The position numbers and the translations under genes were made by a program. A model generated the notes under the pieces. The model was not told where the DNA came from and did no database searches. It saw only the letters and a list, made by a program, of their open reading frames with translations. From a virus (lineage: Duplodnaviria > Caudoviricetes): a DNA stretch of 58,178 bases. The stretch covers positions 1 to 58,178 of the IMG/VR virus record IMGVR_UViG_3300038696_000123; one strand, given 5' to 3'. Of this stretch, positions 25,835-34,691 are shown piece by piece (the stretch's first letter is position 1; each line of letters starts with the position of its first letter).

Positions 25835-27240
25835 GGATGAGCCTCCCGGTCATAAGCTGACTTCCTGAAGTCACTCATGCGGTTGGACTTGGCGGCCCCG
25901 AACAGGAGGGAGCCGCATGCCCCCCGCCCCTCCGGGTCCTCATCGCCGCAGGACAGGCAGCCCGAGGGCGGACACTCTGCGACCTCAGCAAACGGGACGG
26001 CAGTGTCCATCCGGGTGAACATGGGGACACGCTGGCCGTGGCACTGGTCCGCCGTCAGGAAGTCCGCCCCCACTGAGCGGGTCTTTTTGGAGTTGAGGGT
26101 GCCATCCTCTGCCCGGTCTGTATACATGTACTCATAGCAGGTCGCGTAGGTCATCCCGAGCTTGGTGGCGAGGGGCTGGAGCCTCCGGTGGGCCTCCAAG
26201 CGCCACTCCTCGTCAACGCACTTCTGGCCACCCATGTTGTCCACGAACAGGGACTCAAACACGCCGCCCCGGTTGTCCCCGAAGCGGGCCTTGATGCGCT
26301 CAACCATGGTCCCGGCCCAGGCATATCCGGCCTCCACGAACTTGACGATCACGTGGTTGTTCCCAACCTCCGCCAGCATGTGGAACAGCTGCTCAATCTC
26401 CTCAATGCTGGTCACGCCCGGGATGACCGGGTTGACCTGGATGGAGGTGTAGATGCCCTGACGCCGCAGCTCAGCCACCTCCTCAATGTGGTCCAGGAGG
26501 GGGAGTGCCCCTGGGCTGAGCTTCTTCCAATCCTCTGGGTCGCACGTGTTGAGGGACTTCTGGGCGTAGCTGTAACCGTTCCGCTTGAGGATGTCGAATG
26601 CCCAACCAGGGTAGCGCATCCGACTCAGGAAGAACACAGGCAGGCCCCGGTCGGTGAACGCCTCAGCGCCCCGCTGGGTGTTGTGGTACACGTCCTCAAG
26701 GGGGAGGAACGGGTCAGTGAAGCTGCTGAAGTATCCGGCGCTGGCTGTCTTCATCCGGTCCAGTGATTTGGCGACGTGGCCCCCGAAGTCGATGGGCACC
26801 GTGATGAGGCCGCTGCCCCGGTAGCCCTTGACCCCGCTGTTGATGTAGCAGAAGGCGCACCCCACGGTACAGAAGCCTCCATATGGTTCAGTGAGGATCG
26901 CGTCTGACATACAGGGGCGCTCCCGGGAGGTCCCGCCGGTTGGGCCCTTGCCCTGGTACCATCCCTGGAGGGGCTTGCCGTTCTCCAGCCGGAGGTGGGG
27001 CGCATACTTCTTGCCGTTGAAGCCGATGTACACCCGCACGTCTTTGTCCTTCTCCGCACCGCGCATCATCGCCACCCGGGCGGAGCGGGACTTGGCAACC
27101 ATCCCGGTCAGGGGGTCCTCGTGCTCCTCAATTGGCCCAAGGAACTCCCGCATGTCGGGGTCCGGGCGCATGAAGAACTTGTATGCCTCCTGCGCCGGTT
27201 CATTGCTCTGGCCCATCAGCCACTGTTCTTCAGATTGCAT
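25831..27240 (-). CDS. Radical SAM enzyme (M6 gp53-like DNA modification isomerase candidate)
   Basis: CTVGCAFC (CxxxCxxC); SSFTDPF; extra C-terminal Cys cluster; cluster context. Confidence 0.85.
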   Translation of the reverse strand: MQSEEQWLMGQSNEPAQEAYKFFMRPDPDMREFLGPIEEHEDPLTGMVAKSRSARVAMMRGAEKDKDVRVYIGFNGKKYAPHLRLENGKPLQGWYQGKGPTGGTSRERPCMSDAILTEPYGGFCTVGCAFCYINSGVKGYRGSGLITVPIDFGGHVAKSLDRMKTASAGYFSSFTDPFLPLEDVYHNTQRGAEAFTDRGLPVFFLSRMRYPGWAFDILKRNGYSYAQKSLNTCDPEDWKKLSPGALPLLDHIEEVAELRRQGIYTSIQVNPVIPGVTSIEEIEQLFHMLAEVGNNHVIVKFVEAGYAWAGTMVERIKARFGDNRGGVFESLFVDNMGGQKCVDEEWRLEAHRRLQPLATKLGMTYATCYEYMYTDRAEDGTLNSKKTRSVGADFLTADQCHGQRVPMFTRMDTAVPFAEVAECPPSGCLSCGDEDPEGRGACGSLLFGAAKSNRMSDFRKSAYDREAHP

Positions 27241-27667
27241 GTATTCTCTCCAATTCAATTGTTCCATCCCCGGGGTCGATGCGGGGCACTTCAAAGCCGA
27301 GGTTGCGGAGGGCCGCAGCCAGGGCAAACGGGTTGGTGGCATCCAGGGAGGTCGCCTGTAGGTGGCCCTGGACCTTGCGCCGCTGGTTCTCCTCTGCCGT
27401 CACCACCTCAATGTGATGGGGGCACACGCAGAGGGAGAAGCGGCAGGTGTGGTCGCGGTGGTGGCCGGTCGGGCAGGGCTCTCCCCCGAGGACCTCTGAA
27501 GAGAAGCGGTGGGCCCTCACCGTCCGCTTCCCGAGCCTGAATGAGCCATACCACTTCTTGTTGCCTTTCCCCCGGGAGCGTCCGCCGGTCCAGAACCAGC
27601 AGCCGTTGGGGAGCTTCTCAACGTACCCCATGAAGCGGTCGATGTCCTCTGGCCTCGCCCTCAGCAT
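27230..27667 (-). mobile_element. HNH endonuclease (free-standing, homing type)
   Basis: CWFWTG...YGSF...AHR...DHTC...CV.PHH...EN. Confidence 0.75.
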
Positions 27668-27668
27668 C

Positions 27669-27926
27669 TCAGACCCTCACCGGGATGAGGAGCTTGAAGT
27701 CAGTGACCGGGAAGGTGTGCCAGCCAAGCCCCAACAACTCCCCTGTCAACGGGTGCCTCGGGCTGTCCTCCTCCGGGAGGAATGGGAAGTGGGCCTCAAG
27801 GGTCCTCTCCCCCAGCGGCAGGTCATAGGTGTCGTCAGGCCTGACGAGGGCTCGGGCTCCGGCAATCTCGGGCATCTGACCGCAGTACTCAGCATCATCC
27901 AACATCCCGCTCACCCTATGTTCCAC
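27669..27926 (-). CDS. Hypothetical protein
   Basis: Fills the gap between the PLP enzyme and the HNH gene; start uncertain. Confidence 0.5.
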   Translation of the reverse strand: MEHRVSGMLDDAEYCGQMPEIAGARALVRPDDTYDLPLGERTLEAHFPFLPEEDSPRHPLTGELLGLGWHTFPVTDFKLLIPVRV

Positions 27927-28741
27927 ATGAGGGCCTCGCCCCACTTGTCGCGTCCCTCCGCCATCCACCAGCGGAATGCCTTGAGGTCATAGTAGGCGTT
28001 GGCTGGCCAGGGAGGCGTCGGGCCGGGCCGGGCCTGGTCCTTGTAGTTGTAGCGCTCGTTGATGAACGTGATCCGGGTGTCCTCAAACGTGGTCAGCCCG
28101 GACATATTGAGCATGTACTTCAGGGTGGCCCCCTCGGGCTTGTTATACCCCTGATGGAGGATGAAGCGGGGCCTCAGCCCGGCCTCGTGGAAGCCGGTGA
28201 TGACGCCCGCAGCGATTGTCCCGGAGCTGATTGGGATGAACACCGGGTGGTGGGCACAGAAGGTCCGCAGGGCCGGGAGGGCCTCCAGCGTCCGCCCCAC
28301 CTCTGCCGCTGTCTCGGTGATCATCTCCGGGAGCTTCAGGGCGTTGGGCATCATGTAGCTGTCGTGAATCTTGGCGAGGTCCGCCTTGGCCTGGTGGAAC
28401 AGGTGCCAGCTTGGCCCCGCCGGGAGCGGCTGGAGCTGCGCTCCGAGCCCCATTGAGTGGGTCTGGGCGACGTGCGGCCCCGGGTCCTTCTTGTACCTTG
28501 GGTAGTAGTTGACGCACGCCTTGCCCAACAGGAGGCAGGCCTGGGCCACCGCGTGACCGGCCTGGGAGTGGTAGGTGTCCAGCACTCCAATCACCTCCTC
28601 CGGGCGGTCCCGGATGTGGGCGTACACGCCCCGCGTCTTGCTGAAGGGCGGGCCGGGCGGTGGACAGCTGAGGTCCTCCCGCTTAACCATCAGGCCGAAC
28701 TCGCTGAGGTGGTCCTGGACGGGGGTGTTGTTGACTAGCAT
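27911..28741 (-). CDS. PLP-dependent fold-type II enzyme (M6 gp52/ViI gp226-like decarboxylase candidate)
   Basis: TPV...VKREDL...SKTRG, SSGTIAAG and YDLKA motifs. Confidence 0.85.
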   Translation of the reverse strand: MLVNNTPVQDHLSEFGLMVKREDLSCPPPGPPFSKTRGVYAHIRDRPEEVIGVLDTYHSQAGHAVAQACLLLGKACVNYYPRYKKDPGPHVAQTHSMGLGAQLQPLPAGPSWHLFHQAKADLAKIHDSYMMPNALKLPEMITETAAEVGRTLEALPALRTFCAHHPVFIPISSGTIAAGVITGFHEAGLRPRFILHQGYNKPEGATLKYMLNMSGLTTFEDTRITFINERYNYKDQARPGPTPPWPANAYYDLKAFRWWMAEGRDKWGEALMWNIG

Positions 28742-28763
28742 GGGTGCTCCCTTTCTCTCACAG

Positions 28764-28792
28764 AGCCTATCCCCGGGTGCACCCCGGGGCAA
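28764..28792 (-). promoter_or_regulatory. Sigma70-like promoter
   Basis: TTGCCC-N17-TAGGCT; shares CCGGGGATAGGCTC with the promoter at 24234. Confidence 0.55.
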
Positions 28793-28798
28793 GCCATT

Positions 28799-29740
28799 TC
28801 ACTTGAGCGCTGGCTGCGCAGTCTTGGACACCTGGTCGTCAAGGCCGATCTCATCTGCGGCCTCCCGGCCCTGGAAGTATGCGCCCTGGTCCTTGTTGGC
28901 CCAGTAGCGGTCCTGCTCCCGGTCCCAGCGCTTGGACCACTTGTCCCAGTCCTTTGCCCGGGCTGCGTCCTCAGCCTCCCGCTCCTCCTCGGTGAGGTTG
29001 GCCCGGCGCTCCCCCTCCTGGCGCTTGTACTCAGCGCTGCGGACCTCTGCCTGCGCCCGGCGCTGGGCTGCCTCTCCGGCCTTCCAACCCCTCCGGTGCT
29101 CAAGGTTGGCGTCTGCCTCCGCCTGGGCGAAGTCCTCCATGACGACAACCAGCGCTCCGCTGCCCGAGGAGGTGGCTTGAGCCTCCCGCTGTGCCCGGGC
29201 TGCAGCAGACTGCTCAGCCAGCTTCTCCTGGTGGCGGTCCCGCAGGCGCTCCGCCAGGCGCTGGGCTGCCCCCTCTTTGAAGCTCACGGCCCAACGGCTC
29301 AGGCGCTGTGAGTTGCTCTCCAGGTGGGGCGTGACGATCCGCTCCAGGGAGGCGTTGAGGTAGTCAAACATGTTGGCGACGGCTGCCACGTTGGTCTCCC
29401 GGCCAATGATCGTGTAGCCTGTGTCGATGTGTCGGTTGCCCCGGCGCTCGCTGTCCACGAGGACGGCGCAGAAGTTGGTGTCTGCGATGGTGGACATGAG
29501 GCTCTGCTGATACTTGTACAGGGCCTTGCCCTTGAGGCCTGACCGGAGGCGGTTGGAGCCCTCCCCGCCTGACTTGCCGCTGGCCTCCAGCTGGGCCATA
29601 GACAGGTTGTTGTTGGCCATGATCTCCCGGGCCTTCTCCATGGCCACGCTGGCCTCGCCCTCGGTGGCTCCGCCGTCCTTGGCGAGGTTCATGAGCTTGC
29701 GGATTTTGTCGAGGGTCTTGCGGTCGATCTGGGCGGTCAT
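28799..29740 (-). CDS. DUF2786-like domain protein
   Basis: LDKIRKLMNLA...ATEGEA..AMEKAREIM; later SFKEGAA. Confidence 0.75.
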   Translation of the reverse strand: MTAQIDRKTLDKIRKLMNLAKDGGATEGEASVAMEKAREIMANNNLSMAQLEASGKSGGEGSNRLRSGLKGKALYKYQQSLMSTIADTNFCAVLVDSERRGNRHIDTGYTIIGRETNVAAVANMFDYLNASLERIVTPHLESNSQRLSRWAVSFKEGAAQRLAERLRDRHQEKLAEQSAAARAQREAQATSSGSGALVVVMEDFAQAEADANLEHRRGWKAGEAAQRRAQAEVRSAEYKRQEGERRANLTEEEREAEDAARAKDWDKWSKRWDREQDRYWANKDQGAYFQGREAADEIGLDDQVSKTAQPALK

Positions 29741-29789
29741 GGGGTTCTCCATTTCTGAGGGGGTGGGGTGGCGAGGGGAGCCCGGAGGC

Positions 29790-30434
29790 TCAACCCTTCT
29801 TGGACATGGGCTTGTGGGCGTGGGGCTTGCTCATCCCGGCGGGCAGCACAAGGTGGTAGCAGTCGGCGTCCCCGCGCTTGGTGGTGCGGATGCCGTAACC
29901 CTTGATCTTGTTCATGTCCCAGTTGAGCCCGGACTTGACGGTGACCTCCAGCCAGGGCTTTGCGCCGCCGGAGAGGGCCTTGAGAAGCTCCTCCATGGTC
30001 GCGCCCTTCTCCCGGCTGAGGAAGTCAACGAGGATGGACTGCTTGGAGCCCTCCCGGCAGGGGTAGGCTGCGGACTTGGGGGCGAGGTTGATGCCCGTTC
30101 CCCGGCGTGGGCCGGTGGCCTTGGCTGCGGGGGCTGGCTTGGCCTTCTTGGCGTTCTCCGCCCGAAGCTCTGCGAGGTCCACGATGTTGGCCCAGAGGCG
30201 CTTGGCTGCGACGGCCTTGGTGCTGAACTTATTGACCGGGACGATGTTGCTGTCCAACTCTGCGGCGGTCGCGTTGTAGAGGGCGACGGCCTGAGCGCCG
30301 GTGAGCTCCAGGAGGTCGTCAGCGATGACGGCGAGGAAGCGGCCCTTGTCGTCTGCAACCTTCTCTGCGCGCTCTGCTGAGCCGTGGAAGGTGACGTCAA
30401 GGTTGTCCAGGGTGATGGTTGCGAAGGTTGTCAT
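29790..30434 (-). CDS. DUF3489-like C-terminal DNA-binding protein
   Basis: REGSKQSILVDFLSREKGATMEEL...W. Confidence 0.7.
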   Translation of the reverse strand: MTTFATITLDNLDVTFHGSAERAEKVADDKGRFLAVIADDLLELTGAQAVALYNATAAELDSNIVPVNKFSTKAVAAKRLWANIVDLAELRAENAKKAKPAPAAKATGPRRGTGINLAPKSAAYPCREGSKQSILVDFLSREKGATMEELLKALSGGAKPWLEVTVKSGLNWDMNKIKGYGIRTTKRGDADCYHLVLPAGMSKPHAHKPMSKKG

Positions 30435-30441
30435 GTCGGTG

Positions 30442-30510
30442 CTCCATTTCTAGTCCCGGACCATCCGGGGATAAGTCCTGTCTAACAAGCAACCGGGGAT
30501 AAGTCAAGAA
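30442..30510 (-). promoter_or_regulatory. Repeated promoter/operator/leader cassette, copy 3
   Basis: TTGACT-N17-TAGACA; two GACTTATCCCCGG boxes; same hairpin and AGAAATGGAG. Confidence 0.78.
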
Positions 30511-31077
30511 CTTTTCTGGCTGACTGGCAAAATAATTTGCCCGAGGTCATCGAACATCTGGCGGAGCTGGTCCCGGTTGGCCGGGTCATTCCAGAACGGG
30601 ACCACGCCCGAGGTGTGAGGGACCCAGGCCCAGGTCCCTCCCCCCGCGCTGGGGGTGTAGGGTCAGGGGCTCCGGGAGGGCCTCAGCGTCCCAGGCGTAG
30701 CAGCTGGCGTTGGCCTTGCCCACGAACACGCAGACGCGGTTCCACAGCTTCATCTCCCCGAAGTGTCGCTGTGCGCACTCCCGGGCGAGCGGGAGGGGGA
30801 AGGCATCACCCTTCCCGGAGGCAGCGCCCCCGGGGAAGCTCTGGATGATGTTGATGCGGTCCCAGTGGGCGAACCAGGGCATGAGGCCCCAGCCCCCCAT
30901 CTTGAAGAGGCGAGCCCCCGCGCAGTTGTTTGGGAACGGGAACAGGGCGTGACCGGAGCCGTGCGCGGGGTTGCGGGGAGCCGCCTGCCCAACCAGGAGG
31001 CCACGCCGGTCGTCAGGGTTGTCCCTGCGCCAGCGGGAGGCGTTCCGGTAGGCTGCCAGGACAGCTCCCCTGTCCAT
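30504..31077 (-). pseudogene. Uracil-DNA glycosylase superfamily-like gene with a one-base frameshift at a G6 tract (or a sequencing error)
   Basis: LLVGQAAP motif-A-like in one frame. Removing one base at 30640-30645 gives ...WAWVPHTSGVVPFWND (HPS-like motif B) ending at 30504. Confidence 0.65.
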
Positions 31078-32822
31078 CAGCCGCACTCCTTCAGGCCGGT
31101 GACGGGGTCAATCTCGCACATCATCCCCTCCCCCGGCTCGTTGATTGGGCCATTGGTCGCCTTCCCGGTGAGGAGCGCCATGCGCTTCCCGTCCTTGTTG
31201 AAGGTGGTACAGCCCTTGCAACCGGACTTCCAGGCCGTCATGTAGAGGTCCTTGAAATCTTCCCAAGGCATGGAGCTGTCCATGTTGGTGGTCTTGGACA
31301 CTGAGCTGTCCACCCACTTCTGGGCGGAGGCGAGGACCGCGACGTGCTCCCTGGCCGTCACCTCGTGGGCACGCTTGCCGCGCACCCCGAAGTTGGCCAC
31401 CCCGTAGTCAGCCACCTCCACAATCTCAACGCCGCTGGGCGTGTTGACCGGGCGCTCCTGGAGGTAGTCAAACACCGGCTCAATGCCCGAGGAGCAGTTG
31501 TCAGCTGTGAGGCTGATCGTGCCGGTGGGTGCGATGGAGGTCAAATGGGAGTTGCGGAGGCCGTGCTTGGTGATGAGGTCCAGAACGTCCGGGGCCTCCC
31601 CCCCGAGCTGGACGATGAACTTGCCTTGGAGGTACTTCTCAGCGTCATAGGCTGGGAATGTCCCCTTCTCAGCTGCCAGGAGGGCGCTTGCGCGGTAGCA
31701 CTCAATGGCGATGATCTTGAGGACCTCCTCCTGCCACTCCAGGTACTCGGGGGAGCCGTAGACAAAGCCCAGGGCCTCCCCGGCGTTGGCCATGCCAGTC
31801 ACCCCAAGCCCCATCCGGCGCTTGTTGTGGGCCTCGGCACGCTGCTGTGGGAGGGGGTAGCGGGCGCGGTCCACGATGTTATCCATGGCCCGGACAACCG
31901 GCGGGATGTCCGCCCGGAGCTGGCCCCAGTCAAACGCCCAGGCGGACTGAGAGAGGGTCCGCACTGTCTTGGGCTTTACATACTTGGCCGCATTGAAGGA
32001 GCCCAGGAGACACGCCCCAAACGGGGGCAGGGGCTGTTCGCCACAGGGGTTGGTGGCCGCGATTGTCTCACAGTACCAGAGGTTGTTCATGCCGTTCATC
32101 CTGTCGATGAAGAGCACGCCGGGCTCCGCCCAGTCCCAGGTAGAGCGCATTATTGTCTCCCAGAGGCTCCTGGCGTCAACCGTGTTGTACGTCTCTCCGC
32201 CCCAGCGCAGCTCAAAGTCTGCCCCGGCCAAGACTGCCTCCATGAACTCGTCAGTGATGGCGATGGAGAGGTTGAAGCCGGTCAGCTCTGTGACGTTGTG
32301 CTTGGCGTTGATGAACTCCTCAATATCCGGGTGGTCAACCCGAATCACGCCCATCTGTGCGCCCCGGCGGTGCCCGGAGGAGGCCACGCACTTGCAGACC
32401 TCGTTGAAGATGGCCATGAAGGAGATGGGGCCGGAGGAGTGGGACTGGAGCTTGCGGATGATGTCGCCCCGGGGGCGGAGCGTGCTGAAGTCATAGCCGA
32501 TCCCGCCGCCCATGCGCATTGTCGCTGCGGCCTCTGTGGCCCGCTGCATGATGTTCCCTTCACCGTGGACAAAGCTGTCCTCAATCGTGCCGGAGACATA
32601 ACAGTTGTAGGGGGTTGTGGAGCGGGAGGAGCCCATGGCGCTCTGGACGCGACCGGCGGCCATGAAGCGCTGGTGGCCGGTGATGTCCCTGAATTGATGG
32701 TAGTGTTCGTCACTGTCTTTGAGGGCTGAGGCCACCCTGTTGTTGGCTTCCCGGAAGTCCTCGCCCTCCGCCCGATACTTCATTGCGTGGAAGTAGTCCC
32801 CCACTCTTGTTTGTGGACCCAT
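31077..32822 (-). CDS. nrdJ: Ribonucleotide reductase, probably class II (B12-dependent)
   Basis: NCYV, RRGAQM, TNPCGEQ, IAPTGTIS and GCKGCT motifs; no beta-subunit gene nearby. Confidence 0.88.
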   Translation of the reverse strand: MGPQTRVGDYFHAMKYRAEGEDFREANNRVASALKDSDEHYHQFRDITGHQRFMAAGRVQSAMGSSRSTTPYNCYVSGTIEDSFVHGEGNIMQRATEAAATMRMGGGIGYDFSTLRPRGDIIRKLQSHSSGPISFMAIFNEVCKCVASSGHRRGAQMGVIRVDHPDIEEFINAKHNVTELTGFNLSIAITDEFMEAVLAGADFELRWGGETYNTVDARSLWETIMRSTWDWAEPGVLFIDRMNGMNNLWYCETIAATNPCGEQPLPPFGACLLGSFNAAKYVKPKTVRTLSQSAWAFDWGQLRADIPPVVRAMDNIVDRARYPLPQQRAEAHNKRRMGLGVTGMANAGEALGFVYGSPEYLEWQEEVLKIIAIECYRASALLAAEKGTFPAYDAEKYLQGKFIVQLGGEAPDVLDLITKHGLRNSHLTSIAPTGTISLTADNCSSGIEPVFDYLQERPVNTPSGVEIVEVADYGVANFGVRGKRAHEVTAREHVAVLASAQKWVDSSVSKTTNMDSSMPWEDFKDLYMTAWKSGCKGCTTFNKDGKRMALLTGKATNGPINEPGEGMMCEIDPVTGLKECG

Positions 32823-32875
32823 GACAGGCTCCTCCTTGTTGTTGATTAATAAAGCGCTGGCAGCGAATTTCAAAC

Positions 32876-33061
32876 TTATCCGCCCCGCTGGTTGTCGGTC
32901 AACACTGATCTAATGGTGACAGCCGCTGCCTCCAGGCGGGTGGCAATCCACTCCAGCCTCTGCGGGGTCAGGCCCCGGCGGAGCACGATCATGGTGACCA
33001 GCGCCCCCATGGCCGGGGCTGCCGTCTTGTGGGCCTCGTCAAGGCGCTCCCCGGCGCTCAC
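32876..33061 (-). CDS. Small hypothetical protein
   Basis: GTG start abutting the helicase stop. Confidence 0.45.
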   Translation of the reverse strand: MSAGERLDEAHKTAAPAMGALVTMIVLRRGLTPQRLEWIATRLEAAAVTIRSVLTDNQRGG

Positions 33062-34317
33062 TATCCCCTCACCACCGTGACCTGTTGGGCAGCCCGGGTG
33101 ATCGCCGTGTACAGCCACTTCATCTGAACGTCCCTCTGCCTGAACACCCGGCTCTCGTCAATGATGAGCACGTCATCCCATTGCGAGCCCTGAGACTTGT
33201 GGCAGGTCAGGGCGTATCCAAACGTGAACTCCTGGGCGTTCCGGCGCTCCCAGTACCCGATCTGCTCCGGGTCCCCGTTGAAGTGCTCCGGGTGGGCAGA
33301 GACAAGCACCGGCTCTGCGTCTGGGTAGTCCTCTGGGCGGATGCGCAGGTTGACGTAGCCTCCCAGCTCCTCGGTGTCCGTCATGGACGTGTGGAGGGTG
33401 CCGTTGAGCAGCCCAAGCTCCCGGTCATTCCGCAGGCACACCAGCTTCTCCCCGGCCCGGGGGAAGGGGGCACCGTCATACCCCAGGAGCTGCCGCATGC
33501 GCCGGTTGGTCGCGTTCCGGGTCGCGTTCTTGCCGACAATGACCTGGTTGGCGGCTGTTGCCAGCTCGGGGGTGGCGCGTTCAATGACGCTGCTTGAGCC
33601 GTACTGTCCCAGCTCCAGGACCTGGCCGTTGCGGACGCGGGTGGCCATCTCAATGATGGGGTTGTCCCGGGCCTGGCGGTGTATCTCGGTGAGCATGATG
33701 TCTGGCTTGGCGTCGGTGAAGTAGCCTGTGCCCTTGACGGGGGGCAGCTGGGCAGGGTCGCCCAACACGAGGACGGGCACCCCGAAGCTCAGGATGTCCT
33801 GGGCCATCTCCTCGCCAACCATGGAGCACTCGTCAACCACCAGGAGGGAGGCTGTGGCCAGCTTGCTCTCCAGGTTGAGGGAGAAGGCCGGGCGGGCAGC
33901 GTTGCGCTCCTCCGCCTTGATCTCACCCTGGAGCTTCTGGACGCGGTCAGTCTTGCGCCGGTCGTCAACGTGGTCCGGGGGACCCTCCAGCCGGTCCTCC
34001 CGGATCATCTGATGGACCTCGTCAAGCTCCCGCTTCAGCTCATCCATCCGCTCCCGGGACTTCTCCTTGGGGTGGTAGATGAGGCTGTGGAGGGTCTGCG
34101 CGTTGGGAGCCCCCGATGCCTTCAGGACGCTGGCTGCCTTCCCGGTGAATGCCGCAAACAACACGTCGCCGTCAACACCCTCCGCCAGGTGCTTGGCCAG
34201 CGTGGTCTTGCCGGTCCCGGCATACCCGAACAGCCGGAACAGCTGGTTGCCGTCGCGGTTGGCGAGCCACCGGCTGACCGCAGTCAGGCCCTTGTCTTGC
34301 TGGGGTCCCCATTCCAT
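33061..34317 (-). CDS. RecD/Dda-like SF1B DNA helicase
   Basis: GYAGTGKTT, VDECSM, GDPAQLPPV, IHRQ, TCHKSQGS and YTAITRA motifs. Confidence 0.92.
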   Translation of the reverse strand: MEWGPQQDKGLTAVSRWLANRDGNQLFRLFGYAGTGKTTLAKHLAEGVDGDVLFAAFTGKAASVLKASGAPNAQTLHSLIYHPKEKSRERMDELKRELDEVHQMIREDRLEGPPDHVDDRRKTDRVQKLQGEIKAEERNAARPAFSLNLESKLATASLLVVDECSMVGEEMAQDILSFGVPVLVLGDPAQLPPVKGTGYFTDAKPDIMLTEIHRQARDNPIIEMATRVRNGQVLELGQYGSSSVIERATPELATAANQVIVGKNATRNATNRRMRQLLGYDGAPFPRAGEKLVCLRNDRELGLLNGTLHTSMTDTEELGGYVNLRIRPEDYPDAEPVLVSAHPEHFNGDPEQIGYWERRNAQEFTFGYALTCHKSQGSQWDDVLIIDESRVFRQRDVQMKWLYTAITRAAQQVTVVRG

Positions 34318-34345
34318 GTGTCGTGCTCCATTTCTAGTACCAGGT

Positions 34346-34510
34346 TCAAGCCCGGCGGTTGCGCCAGCCCTTGGTGGCGTGGTAGCTCAGGACGCGCTCG
34401 CCCTTGAGCACTGCCCCGAGCTGTCGGCGCTGGTACTCCCCCTTGCGGCCAATCGGCCCGGTGGGGTGCCCCTTGGGGGCCATTTCCTTCAGTCTTGCCT
34501 TGCGGGTCAT
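34346..34510 (-). CDS. Small basic phage protein (54 aa)
   Basis: MTRKARLK... with C-terminal YHATKGWR; GGAGG RBS. Confidence 0.6.
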   Translation of the reverse strand: MTRKARLKEMAPKGHPTGPIGRKGEYQRRQLGAVLKGERVLSYHATKGWRNRRA

Positions 34511-34547
34511 CTCCGCCTCCGTTTCTGTTAAAGGTCCCCCGGGTCCG

Positions 34548-34680
34548 GCATGCGGCGTCCCTGAGGTGCGCTCTTCAGCGCAGGTAGTCAGGATCATAGA
34601 TGGCTTGCGCCGCTCCCCTGACCTCAGCCGCACCCCAGCATGCTAGGGGCGTCCCAGTGGGATGGGACATCGACCAGTCG
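34548..34680 (-). ncRNA. Candidate structured RNA (multi-stem junction)
   Basis: Nested stems TGCGGC/GCCGCA, CTGAGG/CCTCAG, GTCAGG/CCTGAC, GGC-GCAA-GCC and TGCGCT-GAAG-AGCGCA, plus GTCCCA/TGGGAC. Confidence 0.35.
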
Positions 34681-34691
34681 TTGACGGCCCC

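Noticed and set aside
25831-27240. 7-deazaguanine (QueE-type) pathway or spore photoproduct lyase
   Set aside because: No FolE/QueC/QueD/DpdA genes are seen; the context points to thymidine hypermodification.
25831-27342. ORF-track extended N-termini (radical SAM 503 aa, transferase 353 aa, tail tip 1278 aa, exonuclease 231 aa)
   Set aside because: The extensions overlap real upstream genes; downstream starts with RBS or coupling fit better.
34560-34585. Hammerhead ribozyme (CTGAAGA) or tRNA
   Set aside because: No correctly placed stem II-CGAAA core, and no T-loop or cloverleaf. No tRNA was recognised anywhere in the window.
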